Source of the DNA: Octopus bimaculoides
Lineage: Eukaryota
Length of the DNA: 55,714 nucleotides
Direction of reading: 5' to 3'
Assembly: GCF_001194135.2 (NCBI RefSeq)
Contig: NC_068998.1
Coordinates: 27,418,542-27,474,255 of the forward strand
How positions within the stretch are numbered: position 1 is the first letter of the stretch; the number at the start of each line of letters is the position of its first letter. The position numbers were made by a program, and so were the translations under genes. Positions 35,915 through 48,930 of this stretch are shown here, piece after piece. The notes under the pieces were generated by a model, which saw only the letters and a program-made list of their open reading frames with translations, did not search any database and was not told the origin of the DNA.

Positions 35915-35964
35915 AACACTGAAGAGAGAATTACCCAAAATGTTTTCTTTTATATGTTTTAAAA

Positions 35965-36295
35965 TTTATCATCGTTTAATGTCCATTTTCCATGCTGGCA
36001 TGGGTTGGACAGTTTGACTGAGGTCTGGAGAGCCAGTGGCTGCGCCAGACTCCAATCTGGATGCCCTTCCTAATGCCAACTGCTCCAAGAGTGTAGTGGG
36101 TGCTTTTTACATGCCACTGGCATAGGAGCCAGTCAGGTGGGACTGGCTTTGATCACATTCGGATAGTGCTTTTCACATGCCACTGGCATGGGAGCCAGTC
36201 AGTGGGTACTTGCATCAACCACGTTTGGATGGTGCTTTTTATGTGCCACTGGCACAGAAGCCAGTCAGGTGGACCTGGCATTGACCACGTCTTGT
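35965..36295 (-). mobile_element. RTE 3' tail with three internal 66-bp tandem units
   Basis: Tail motif ggatgcccttcctaatgccaac; tgcttt.acatgccactggca recurs at 36101, 36167 and 36233. Confidence 0.8.
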
Positions 36296-36489
36296 TTTAA
36301 TTGTTGTGATTTGTTTATAATTTTATATGAGTTTATTAATTTTTAATACATTTATTGTAATAATGTCCTTGCCCATCCTGTCTGTTTTATATTTATAACT
36401 TTGTCTTTTACTTACCCAACATAGTTTGTAAACCTCATGTTTTAAAGTTTGTGTGAATGAGCCCTTGGGGCTAATAAAGAACAAAGTAT

Positions 36490-36960
36490 TAGAGTTAGCA
36501 GGATTGTTAGAGCACTGGAAAAAATGCCTTGCAGTATTTATTCTGGCTTTTTACATTCTGCATTCTATTCCCTCTGAAATCAACTTTTCTTTTCTATCCC
36601 TTCAGGGTTGATAAAATTAGGTTTCACTCAAGTACTAGGACTAACTCTTGCTTATTTTATTCCATCATATAAATGTGTACCTTTTATACAGTGTAAGAAA
36701 CCATATTAACATTTTTTTTTTTTTTTACTATTATAATTATTATTAGTGGATGGCAGAATTGGAAGAGCATTAAACAATACTTCGTCGTATTTACTCATGT
36801 CCCTTTTGCATTCTGAGTTCTAAGCATGCTCAGTGTGTAAATTTGTGTTTTATCATTATGAGATCAATAAAATAGTATCAGTCGAGTACTGAGATTGATA
36901 TAATCAACTGTGCACTTGAAGATAAAGCCCAAGCATGGCCATAGTCCAGTGACTGAAACC
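36490..36960 (+). mobile_element. two degraded SINE family B copies
   Basis: ttagcaggattgttagagc...aaaatgccttgcagtattt... and gatggcagaattggaagagc...ctgagttctaa. Confidence 0.6.
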
Positions 36961-37669
36961 AGTAAAAGAATATCTTATTTGTACAGCTATATCCAATATT
37001 GATGATGTTCACTTAGTGTAAACAACTTGAGCTGTTACTAATTACCTGACTTGGCATAAATATTGCTATATCTATGTACATAATAAATACAGCTAATAGA
37101 AAGACCTGTTGAAATAGGTAACCTCTATGTTGTTGCTTAATTTGCTAGAAGTAGCAAACATATTCCCTCATAGCATACCCTACAGTCCTGGTTTCTTTGT
37201 ACAGAGGAAAAAGGTAGATGGTCTCGGCTGGAGATCTTTAATCATAGGCCTGCTTGATCAGAGCTGACTTAGACTGAACAACAACAGCCTCATGTAAGTC
37301 TTAGAGCACGTTTTGTAAAGTCCATTGCTAGGTTACCAAGCATTGATAACTGTTGCCTATTTCCATAAAAATGTATGGAATCATACTGTGACATATACTA
37401 AAGCTGTTTCAGATTTCTAGTGTATATACCCACTCCCTTACACACACGCGCGCGCGCACATCTGCTTCAAAAAATATATCCCACCCTTAGCCTTGTCGTA
37501 AATGTCAAAACAGAAATAACATCAGAACATGGGAGTCTCTGATGTTTGAAACTTAGCTGAAATAATATCTAATACACTGCTGTCTCTGGAGACTCTGGAT
37601 TGGAGATAGAATCCCTTTCAAAAGGTTACCGTCATCAGCAGTAATAGCAGCAGCCGTTGTTTGTCGTTG

Positions 37670-37706
<37 letters not shown>

Positions 37707-37849
37707 TAACAGCATTACAGCAATGCTATCAGCTACATTATCATTATTAATTAAATGTATATAATGAGATTATTGTACACAGTGCTCAGGTGCACTAGAT
37801 CAATAATAAATATTATAATTAATTATTAAAAAAGAATTTTTAGAAACAA

Positions 37850-38050
37850 GGGCAGTGGATTGGTAGAATTGTAGTGTGTCAGACAAAATGCCTTTGGTAT
37901 GTTGTGCACTTTATGTTCCAAGTTCAAATTCAGGTCAGCTGTACCATTCATCCCTCTGGGGTGAATAAAAATAAAGTACCAGTCAGGTAGCGGCATTGAC
38001 TTAATAGACAATATCTCCTTCAAAATTTATATCCTTGTACCTGTACAAGA
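37850..38050 (+). mobile_element. degraded SINE family B
   Basis: ttggtagaattgtagtgtgtcagacaaaatgcctttggtat...caagttcaaattc...aaaataaagtaccag. Confidence 0.65.
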
Positions 38051-38385
38051 AATTATTATCCTCATTGAAGATCGCCATGTCGCCTTCCTTCTAACCAGGA
38101 AGGGCAGGGTGTCCTTATGTGCCTAGTGGCCATGGTGAAAGTGGTTGTATGGTAGATGAGATTAAAGGGGCTGAAGACAAACACTTTTCTCTCTGGCCAA
38201 TCCCTGACCAACTCCTTCGAGTTTCACTTGAAAAGGAAATAAGGGTAAAGAGGGAAGTGTTGCCTTCTAGCCAGTTTGCTGGAAGGTGGATGAGAGTGAC
38301 AAGAATGGTGTGAGTGAACGGGCCTACCCTGAGCATGTCTGTAATCAGAGAAGAGGAAATGAGAAAAGGAACCTCCCCCAGAAGG

Positions 38386-38436
38386 CACGCCACGCCGCGC
38401 CGCGCCGCGCCACGCCACACCACACCACACCACACC
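38386..38436. repeat. pentanucleotide microsatellite cacgc/cgcgc/cacac
   Basis: Units: cacgc x2, cgcgc x3, cacgc, cacac x4. Confidence 0.9.
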
Positions 38437-38519
38437 GTCCATAATGCTTTTTTTCTTAATGTAAACCCTCAGTGGTCAATAAAAAAAATTATTATCATCA
38501 TTATTATTATTATAATTAA

Positions 38520-39570
38520 GGTGGTGAGCTAGTAGAATCATTAGCGCACCGGGCAAAATGCTTAGCAGTATTTTGCCTGTCGCTACATTCTCAGTTCAAA
38601 TTCCGCCGAGGTCAACTGTGCCTTTCATCCTTTTGGGTTCAATAAATTAAGTACCAGTGGAACTCTGGCTTTGATGTAATTGGCTAGTATCCCCGCCCAA
38701 TTTCAAGCCTTGTGCCATTAATAGAAAGGATTATTATTAGGCAGCAAGCTGACAGAATTGTTAGAATGCTGAGCAAAATGCTTAGCAGCATTTCGTCTGT
38801 CTTTACATTCTGAGTTCAAATTCTGCCGAGATTGACTTTGCCTTTCATCCTTTCAGGGTCGTTAAAATAAGTACCAGTTGAGCACTGGGGTCATTGTAAT
38901 CAACTTGTCCCCATCCCCTGAAGCTGCTGGCCATCATCATCATCATCATTATTATTATTATAAGGCAATGAGCTGGCAGAATCGTTAGCGCACCAGATGA
39001 AATGCTTAGCGGCATTTTGTCTGTCTTTATACTATGTTCCGAGTTCAAATTCCATCAGGGTCAATAGATTAAGTATCTGTGAAACATTGGGGTTGATGCA
39101 TTCAACTAGTCCCCTCCCACAAAATTTCAGGCCTTGTGCCTGTAGTAGAAAGGATTATTATTATTATAGTTGTGACTTTGCAGAATCATGAGGGTATTGG
39201 AGAAAATGTTTTGTGAATGTTGCCAAGGTGAATTTTGCCTTACTCTTTCTGGGGTTACTAAAATAAAGTACCCATCAAATACTGTGGTCAATATAGTGGA
39301 CTGTTCCCTTTCCCCAAGTTTGAACAACTGTGTAGTTGTGTTAGGAAATATTTTTATTATTAGCATTATATTTTAAGGTGACTAGCTGGCAGAATCCTTA
39401 TCATGCCAGGTAAAATGCTAAACAGCATTTCATCTGTCTTTACATTCTGAATTCAAAAGCTACCATGGTTAACTTTGCCTTTCATCCTTTTGGGGCTGAT
39501 AAGTGCTGGGGTCAATGTAATCGACTTGCCTCCTCCCTCAAAATTTCAGACCTTGTACAAATAGTAAAAA
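38520..39570 (+). mobile_element. array of five head-to-tail SINE family B copies
   Basis: Heads at about 38520, 38738, 38962, 39170 and 39375, each right after an (att)n or (atc)n tract. Confidence 0.85.
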
Positions 39571-40149
39571 GGATTAATATTATATACATTGTTATTGCTG
39601 TTATTATCCACGTTGTCACTGCCATCCTCCTCGAAAACCTTATCAGGAGCATGTACGGGACATGTGAGCTGATAGTGTTGCTCTTCTCTGTTTCTATAGT
39701 GGTCAAATCCCATTCAGATCAACATTGTCTTTTGTCAAGTAAGTAGCAGTAGTAGATTCTATCAACCATAATACTCCTTCCTTACAAATTTGTGTTATTG
39801 CCATTATAAATACAATGGGATCTCTATATACAAACAATCTTTCCCAGAGCTTTGTTTATTAGCCAAATTGTTTGTTACACGAGTAATTGAAATAGATATA
39901 AATAGGAGTAATCTGTTGCAAGCCACACCCAAACAACACATAAACGCATGAAATGGTGTTTATTTGCCCATTTGTCAATAGCGTGCGTGCGTGCGTGTGT
40001 GTGTGTGTGTGCGCGTGCGCTTCCTTTGTCTTCTGTGGATTCACGGTTATGTTTAAAAAAAAAATGTGAAGTATTATTTTCTATCCATTTAAAATATGAA
40101 AATTTGTAGGTCACATGAAATATATACGTGGGCATTAATGAACCATTGT

Positions 40150-40790
40150 CTTTTTCTTGTTTCAGTCATTAGATTGTGGCCATGCTGGGGCACTGTCTTG
40201 AATTTGTGCTTATTTTTTTAAAAGCCTGGTACTTATACTGAACTATTATCTTACTGTGACATAAAGACACATGCACATAGTCTTTTATTTGTTTCAGTCA
40301 TTTGACTGTGGCCATGCTGGAGCACCGCCTTTAGTCAAACAAATCGACCTCAGGACTTATTTTTTAAGCCTAGAACTTATTCTGTCAGTCTTTGACTGAA
40401 CTGCTAAGTTACAGGGACCTAAACACACCAACATCGGTTGTCAAGTGATGGAGGGGGGAACAAACGCAGACACACACAAAAATATATATATTTATATATA
40501 CGATGGGCTTCTTTCAGTTTCTGTTTACCAAATCCACTTACAAGGCTTTGGCCAGCCCAAAGCTATAGTAGAAGAACACTTGCCCAAGATGCCACGCAAT
40601 AGGACTGAACCCAGAACCATGTGGTTGGGGAAGCAAGCTTCTTACTACACAGCCACATACATATATACAATGGACTTCTTTCAGTTTCTGTCTACCAAAT
40701 CTACTCACAAGGCTTTGGTTAGTCTGAGGCTGTAGTAGAAGACACTTGTCCAAGGTGCCATGCAGTGGAACTGAACCCTGGTTTTTTACA
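40150..40790 (-). mobile_element. stacked SINE family A copies and fragments
   Basis: 3' fragment 40150-40260, full copy about 40265-40660, second head fragment 40670-40790. Confidence 0.8.
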
Positions 40791-41439
40791 CACTCTCCCA
40801 GCATAATCTATTCATGGTCTGTTGCAAATTTCATCTCTAATTTTCATTACAAAAAACTGTTCATTAAACAATTTATTCATTTAGTGTACCATTTATATAT
40901 TCAATCCCAGCACTTATACATGTGCACAGCCTACTCATGGTTTGCTTAAATTTGCCTGTAATTTGTTGTTTAAATTTCAATTTACTAGGTGAATGAGCTC
41001 TTAAAGTTTGGTATGGACCACCAAGCTAATCTTCAAATTTTTCCTATACTTTGGAGTTAAGAGAGAACATAGACCTGGCATAGACTTGTTTAGGTTTTTG
41101 AATATCCATGATCACATTTCAGTGACTGTCTCTGTCTTTTGAAGACCATATTTGTTAGTTACAATATTGAACATGTATACCTACATAGTCTATTTAAAAA
41201 TCTGTTATAGAATAAAAAATGGAATTAAAATACATCTAAAACAAGAGAGAAGTAATTTTTAGAGTAATTAATTATGTATGTTAGTATATGTTTGTATGTA
41301 CAGGTGTATGTGGGGTAGGTAACAATTTTGTGGTCATTTGAATTTTGCTGTATTATGTACATCCCAAAATATATTTTTGTTAGTGTACTTTAAAGATTGT
41401 ATTTGTTTTGCCCTACTTTCAATATAAGCTATTATTATC

Positions 41440-41640
41440 ATTAAGACAGTGAACTGGCAGAACCATTAACATGCCAGACAAATTGCATAGCAGCATTTTG
41501 TCCACTTTTATGTTCTGATTCAAATGCTGCCAACATCAAGATTGCCTTTCATCTCTTTGGAGTTGATGAAATAAGTACCAGCTGAGCGCTGGGGTCCATA
41601 TAATAAACTATCCCTCTCCCACAAAATTTTGGGCCTTGAC
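41440..41640 (+). mobile_element. SINE family B
   Basis: gtgaactggcagaaccattaacatgccagacaaatt...gaaataagtaccagctgagcgctggggtc. Confidence 0.75.
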
Positions 41641-42839
41641 AGACACTACATTGACACCACCACCTCTAACATCTGAAACACAAGCCATCCCACAACCAAC
41701 ACCACAACAACAACAACAACAACAAACACAAATTAAAAAGACTAGCATTACAAATTACATGGCAATAAGCACAAAAACAAGGAATTGATGAAGTACATAA
41801 TAATAATACACATCAACATAATATCAGAAGATTTTGTCACACCCACAATCTCCCTACCTGCACACATACAAATTGTTCAAACAATAAAAAACATATACAC
41901 ACACTTAAAAACCCAATTCCCACAGGAAATTGAAGATTTTTGAGGGAATTTCACCAAGAGAATTCTTGGTGACTTGCTGCTGGAAACATCCCAAGCCAAC
42001 AGGAGGGACGGACAATCCACCCCTCCAAACAAAACCAGATAAGTTTACATTCTGCTTTCAAATCTTGCCAAGATCAAATTTACTTTTTCATTTCCTCCAG
42101 GGTTGATGAAATAAAATTTCAATTAAAAACTTGGGTTACTTTTAACTTACTCTACCCTCCCAACAAAAATACCTATGTTAGAAGTCATGTCTTATTATCA
42201 GAGAACAGTTGTAAGATTGTAAATACTATAGATTTGGATGGGATACTTTGTGCTATCTGATCCAATATCTAATATTGTAAGTTCAAACTCCATTTGAATT
42301 TTACCTTTCATCCTACAAGCATTGGCAAAATTAGTCGTGGTATATGAGGGTAGATTCAGTCATATAATACTGACCTTGTTTCTAATTTCAAAAAAACATA
42401 TCCTCATTATTTTATAGTCAATGTTAAGTTTTATTCATACTCATTTTGGAATGTTCTTTTTACATGACAATGTTTCTTCCCGTTTTCATCAAGACTTGAT
42501 TTGATCATGAACATTTTCTGGTGCATTGCTCAGAAAACCAGGCTATGTATAAGATCCATAATAAACTATGCCATTCCTACCAACCTCTCAATATCAATAA
42601 TTCAATTATGCGTTCTCAAAAACTCACCCCCACCCACCGACCAACAAACAATACTCATTTCTTAGGCAGACTCATGACCTCATATTTGTGAGAAAAGAAC
42701 AGTCGATTATATTAATTTCACTATGTCACTGATGCATTAATATTATCAACCCTGAAAGGAAGAAAGACAAAGTTGACGTAGGTGGGATTTAAAGTCAATC
42801 CTCCTTTAATGATTTTGCTAATTTACCACTCTCCTCCTC

Positions 42840-43015
42840 CTCCTCATCATCATTTAGCATCTAAGCTGACGTGGGTTAGGTGGTTTGACTGGAACTGGTA
42901 AGCCAGAGAACTACACCAGACTTCAATCTGTATTGGCTTGATTTCTGTGGTTGGATACCCTTCCTAATGTCATCCACTCCACAGAGTGTACCGGGTGCCT
43001 TTAGCATGTCACCCT
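42840..43015 (-). mobile_element. RTE 3' tail copy
   Basis: catcatcatttagcatc...ggatacccttcctaatgtcatccactcc. Confidence 0.7.
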
Positions 43016-43179
43016 CACCAAAACAGTATTAAAACCAAAAGATGTGTTTGACATACAAGGGTCTTAGTTCTTGACTACTGTCCTGTCTGTCCTCTCACAC
43101 AGTTTCTTACAGTTTAAACAATTTTTTTTTTTTTAAATGCTATCACATCTGTTTCACTTGAACTCAAAACATGCCTTTT

Positions 43180-43475
43180 ACTCTTTTCAGCCTTTGGACT
43201 GTGGCTATGTTGTACTTATTTTTAAACCTGGTATTTATTTTTATTAGTCTCTATTTGCCAGACTGCTAAGTTGCAATAATGTAAATAAACCAATACCAGT
43301 TGTCAAGTGGTGGTGGGTCAAACCCAAACACACACACCACACACATATAATAGGTATCTTTCAGTTTCCGTCTACCAAATCTCCTCAAGGCTTTGGTCAG
43401 CCCAGAGCTATTGTGGAAAACACTTGTCTAAGGTGTTGTGCAGTGGGACTGAACCCAATACCACACAACTATACA
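43180..43475 (-). mobile_element. SINE family A (degraded)
   Basis: ggactgtggctatgttg...gttgtcaagtggtggtggg...tttcagtttccgtctaccaaat...gggactgaaccc. Confidence 0.75.
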
Positions 43476-43741
43476 TGTGCCTAATGTATAGCAAAAATGA
43501 AAGTGTGTCAGCAGAACTGCATGAGATTCAAACTTTCAAGTCAGCTGATCTACCAGCTACTTCAAATGTATTAACCTGATTTTATCATCAGTGCCCTTCT
43601 TCAGTACAGTCACCAGTTCAGATTTTAACTACACAAGCCAGCAAATTAGATATTCTCTCAAGCCATCAAGAGAATCTCTACATAGTTGCTCAACCTGCTA
43701 GAAATAGCTGCGAAATTTCCTTCAAATCATTCCCACCCTAA

Positions 43742-43960
43742 CCCTTTAGCATTCAGATTACTCTGTCAAATGCAATATGTATTTATTCACATTGCTGTGA
43801 ATTAATCATGCATTATCTCTTAGATTTTTGAAATTTTGATTTGATAGTTTTGTTTGAGAATGATATTGTTGGTTAGATGTGTTAGGCTAGATCTGACCGG
43901 TTTAAACATAAAACACGTAGAATATTTGAACCAGATATGGCTGGTTTAAATGTTAAAGGG
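43742..43960 (+). mobile_element. piggyBac-type MITE
   Basis: (c)taa|ccctttagcatt ... aatgttaaaggg|ttaa termini. Confidence 0.75.
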
Positions 43961-44441
43961 TTAAATATGGAAAAGACACATTTAGTAATGTAGTTTTAGA
44001 CAAACTCTTGAAGTAATGTAGATTTGTTTGATTATGGATGGTGAGGAACTAAATGATAGCATTATAGATGCAATATGTCTTAATTACCACACTACACCAT
44101 TTATATAATTAAAACTTCACAAATGTGTACTGCATGCACCTGGAACTGGAAGTATGTCTTGCAGCAGTTTAGAATACTTAATGGTAGTGATTTCAGAACC
44201 TAATGTGTGTAGAATTATTACTAATGACATTAACATCATGTAATTTATAATTTATTGAAGGATATTTTGGCTGAACAGAGCCCACCCCTCTCTGACATGG
44301 GTGGAATTTTAATTTCCACTTCAAACAAGATCCCATTGATTTTGCAGTAGTATTGTTGTTGTTGATAGTGGTGAGATAATCATTACCTACAGTAGTTCCA
44401 TGTAGCTAAGTGGATTGAGTTATATGAGAGTATCTCTCATT

Positions 44442-44697
44442 CAGTATTTCTCAACCATTTTTTTGCCTATGGACCTTTTTGATTTCTATTTTACTCTTCT
44501 GGACCCTAATAAACATATGATGTTTAAAAAAGTTTCATATTTTTATAATTAAATATTATTAGGAATTGTATTAAAAAAAAATTGTGAAAATATTTTGTGT
44601 ATTGTAGAAGTATAACCAATTTATTGCACAAGTTTTAACAGCAAAATCTTACATAGACCCCCACCCAGGTCATATGGACCCCACTTGAGAAGCTCTG
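44442..44697. mobile_element. hAT (Charlie-like) MITE
   Basis: TIRs cagtatttctcaa / ttgagaagctctg. Right flank ctctagat fits the NTCTAGAN Charlie target; left flank ctctcatt is degraded. Confidence 0.6.
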
Positions 44698-46684
44698 CTC
44701 TAGATCATGGGCACAGTACAATAGAAGAGTGGATGACAATATGAATTGGTGACCTCTTATCTAAAACAGTATCATTTCATGTATGGATACTCTGAAAACA
44801 TGTGTGTTCCACAAATAGTCAAATACCTCCTTCTCTGACACTCTGCTAAAGAGTTATTTAACAATTGTCCTCATTTACTATCTAGCTACTCCCATCTTCT
44901 GTTAAGGTCAGGTCATTGTCTATATATGTATGAATAAAACAAATACTGTTATATTTATTCCTTGTTTTATTTTTATGTTTTAAAATTATTTTTAATGTTT
45001 TCAAGCTATGAGGTTGATATTCATATATGGATGTTGCTTCACTTAGCAAATCCCAAAGTACAAAAAAATGTACAAAAATATTTGCTGATTGTCTGCATGC
45101 ACAGCTAGGACATACACAACTATATATTTACAGTTAACGAAATTAAAAGAGGCTAACATCTATATTTTTCAAATTCCTTATAATTACTCTTGAATTCATT
45201 TCAAAACATCCTTTCACAATGTTATTCTGTTTGAAAAATAGTTCTCTTTTGCAGAATTGGGATTAAATCCTTCAATATATTCAATTATATTAATCCTTTA
45301 TCCAGTGTTGTCATTTCTCCTAACCTTGTTAATTGATAATTATAATTAGTGATCATTATTGTTACCAATGAAGATTTAATAAGCATTTATTTTTTTCCTA
45401 AAACGAATATGCCAAAAATATATAACACTTACATCACACATTATGTGTAATGTGGAGTTCAGGTGGGAGGATAATGATTTTGAAAACAATCGAATGAGGA
45501 ATGTAGAGATCATCAGCTGTGGTCCACCACCTGCTGTGTTAACTCTCATAATATTTAGCTTATTAACTGGTTGGTGACTAATTGAAAGAATTATGTTAAA
45601 ATATTCCTGTCTTGCGTCTATTTCAGTAATTGTTTTATCTCTAGAATCAGTTCTACAACTGTCAACCATCTGTTGTTTCTTTTATTCTTATTCACTATTA
45701 TTCTAATATATCTAACTCCCTGCCATACACATGCACACACACATTTTCCTAATGGTCAGTCTTTTGATGAAGTTATATCCTGTCTTTCATGATGGTTTTT
45801 TTCTATAGCTATAAACAAATGTGGTGGTGATGGAGGTAGTAGTGATGCTTATTGTTGACTAGCTCTAGGTAAGTCTTAGTTTAAGAGACTTGTGATTGAA
45901 TCATTTCAGTCGCGACCTTGTATTTTTTTTTAGCTATAGTACATTCACAACTATGTCTAGTGTTTCCTCATCTTCTAAAAAAAATTGTTGAGAGTGATTT
46001 GAGTGAAATTTGGCTGCTATTTCAACAGATTGAGTGACTACATAGTGACTCTTTTGTTGGGTTGTGTTGGTTTTGTTAAATTTTGTTGGCCATGTTGGGT
46101 TTAATCTGAAGCTGGCCCTAATTGAAACAATTGTATGGTCAAAGGTGATCCAAACATAACTACCCTGCTTTCCCCTCTTTTTTTAAGACAATAAGGTGTA
46201 ATTTGAGGAACATTTGGTTGTTACCTCTAGTATGTTAAAAATCCACATAGAGGCTCCCTCATTGACTTCTGCTGGGAAATGGTGATGATAGTATTACTAT
46301 TTGTAATAGTACTGGACAGTGGAGTTGCATTGAAAGTAATTGGTTTGTTGGAGTGTTGACAATTAGTTCATACCATGGAAGTTTAAGTTCTAGATTTAAC
46401 AATCCTGGAGTGCTAGAAATGATAGTATGTCACTAAATGCCTTGCAGTGTTGTGTAGAAAAGGTAAATTCAACCAGAGTAATGTAAAATAACAAATGATT
46501 TTGATTGATTTCTGTGGGATGGAAAAATGTTTTCTGCTGTTCACTAAAGTAATTTAGCTATAACAAGCTTGATTGCTGATAGTGAAACAATGTACATAGA
46601 AAATGTGAGCTTCAATTTTAACTTTCACTAAAAAGAGTGTTACTGGTGACACAAATGAAGTGTTCTACAAGTTTCCTAATGAGT

Positions 46685-46716
<32 letters not shown>

Positions 46717-46764
46717 CATACATACATACATAAATGCATGTGTGTGTTCACACATGCATATTAT

Positions 46765-48930
46765 ATCATCATCATTGTTTAATGTCTGTTTTCTTTGCTG
46801 GCATGGGTTGGACAGTTTGACATGAAGCTAGTCAGCCAGGGGGCTGTCCATACACTAATTGTTTGTTGTGGCATAGTTGCTACAGCTAGATGCCCTTCCT
46901 AACACCAACCACTTTACAGTGTGTTTACTGTATGTGTTGGGTGTTTTTTATATGCCACCAGAATGGGTGCATTTATGCAGCATTGGCACAAGTGCATTTT
47001 ATGTGCCACCAGCACCTGCAAAGGACGAGCCTGTATGTATGAATAACAGCAATTTTACTTAGCTTGACATGTCTTCTCAAGTATAGCAAATCACTGCAAC
47101 TCCTGGTCTTTTGTGATTTCCTCAGTGAGGCCCAGCATCCGAAGATCCTTTCTCACCACTTTGTCCCACATCTTCCTGGGTCTACTCCTTCTACAGATTA
47201 CCTCCACAATTAGAGCTCAGCATTTCTTTATGCAGCTGTCCCCATTCATACACATCACATGACCAAACCAGTGCAGTCCAAACTGCATCTCATTTATGCT
47301 AACTCCCTTCCTAATTAATTGACCCTTTCTGTGACTCTCATCATTTGGTCCAGCAATTTGATGCCTCTGTAATTATTTCTGTCCAAGGCATCATCTCTGC
47401 CTTTGTAGCAATATGACTCCCTTATGGACAACCTGATTTACTATACAGGTGACTAGGTCATATCCTACTCTGCCAGTGATTCCTGATAGGCAGGGGGCTT
47501 TCCCTGTCTTCATACCCTTAATTGCTTTATCTACCAAGCTACTGTTGATTCGGATAGCTGGTCTCGCAGTTGGGTCTGTATTTGGCAAACTCTCCTTCTC
47601 CCATGCATTCTCTATATTTAGCAGCCTTTCATAATAACATTTCCAAGTCTCTTTCTTTGCAGAATCATTAAATGCAAGTGAACCATCATCCATATGGACA
47701 CATTTCTCTTCTATACCATCACGATTCTCTCTCACACACTGTCTTGCAGTCTGAAACACTTAGTCTCTGGTGCTCACATCACAGAACATTAACAAACCTC
47801 TTCTTTTCTGTTTCTCCCCTGAATAAATATAACTGCCTCTTAGCCTCCCTTTTGGCTATCTGATATAGTTCCTTGCTTCCACTGCCCTTCCAGTCATGTT
47901 TCTTTTCTCTAATGGCCCTGTCATCTACATTATTCTACCACTATTGTCACCTTAGGTCGAGAAAGGATTTTGTACCAGCCACAGACCTGGTCAGTAGCCC
48001 TCAACAGGTTGTCCCGTAGGAACCTCCAGTTGTCCTCTACATTATATGTCACTGTGTCCTCTTCATTTTTTTGTCAAATGCTTCAAGTAACACATCTCTA
48101 AATCTCTGACCATTCATAGAATCCTTAACCTTTCAGGCCTTTCTTTTCCACACCAGTTGTCTTCTTGGGAGCCTTTTAACCCTGATTCTGAAGTCACTAA
48201 TGACTAACCTATGTTGAAGGGTGCATTCTTCATCTGGGAAAGTTTTGGCATTTTTAAGCAACAATCTTTCCCATTTTCTGGTGAGAATGTAGTCAATCTG
48301 GCTAGTGTACCCACTAGATTGATAGGTGAACAGGTGACTGGCAGGTTTCTTGAAGTTAGTTTTGCAGATCATAAGGTCATTTGCATCACAGAACTCCAGC
48401 AGCCTGGTTCTTTCCTCATTATGGGAATTAAATCTGTTGCCTAACATGTCCATTGAAGTCGCCAGCCACAAAGAGAAGGTTACTGTCATCTGTCGATGAG
48501 GTAGTCTGCAAAAGGTTGTCATAAAATTGGTCTTTCTATTCATCAGGTAGTCCCAGTTGAGGGACATAGGCTGAGATAATGATTGCTGTTTCACTTTGCA
48601 AAACTAGTCTAAGCTTACATGTTCTATCACACACTCTGACTACCGCAATTACCTTATCAACCTATTTCTCAGCAAGAAGTATGCCCACACCACCAACCCC
48701 ATCACTGTTCCCTATACCCATGCTCTTTGCCTGCGAGAAACCTGGCAGAACCTCCTCTCCACCTTCTTGGATGCAACACACATCTACACACCTCTGTTCA
48801 CTAGATCTACCTTTCAATGTGTCCACGGACCGAGGGACACAGGAATGGGGGACAGCATTTTGCATCTGAAAAGAAAGCTTGCATGAATGTTTCCCAGACA
48901 TATCATATAAATTCAACCTGCATTTACTTC
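46765..48930 (-). mobile_element. decayed RTE-clade LINE: APE endonuclease, linker, C-terminus and 3' tail, with the RT core deleted
   Basis: Fragments DVCCIQE...GNSDGVGGVGILLAEK; VAGDFNGHV; RLLEFCDANDLMICKTNFKKPASHLFTYQSSGYTSQIDYILTRK; KGMKTGKAP; DRNNYRGIKLLDQ; MQFG joined directly to LHWFGHV..MNGDSCIKKC...RPRKMWDKVVRKDLRMLGL; (gat)n tail. Many stops and frameshifts. Confidence 0.9.

Noticed and set aside
48534-48547. Minus-strand CUGAUGA-aua-GAAA
   Set aside because: Stem II is impossible (3 nt) and the stretch lies in RTE endonuclease coding sequence.
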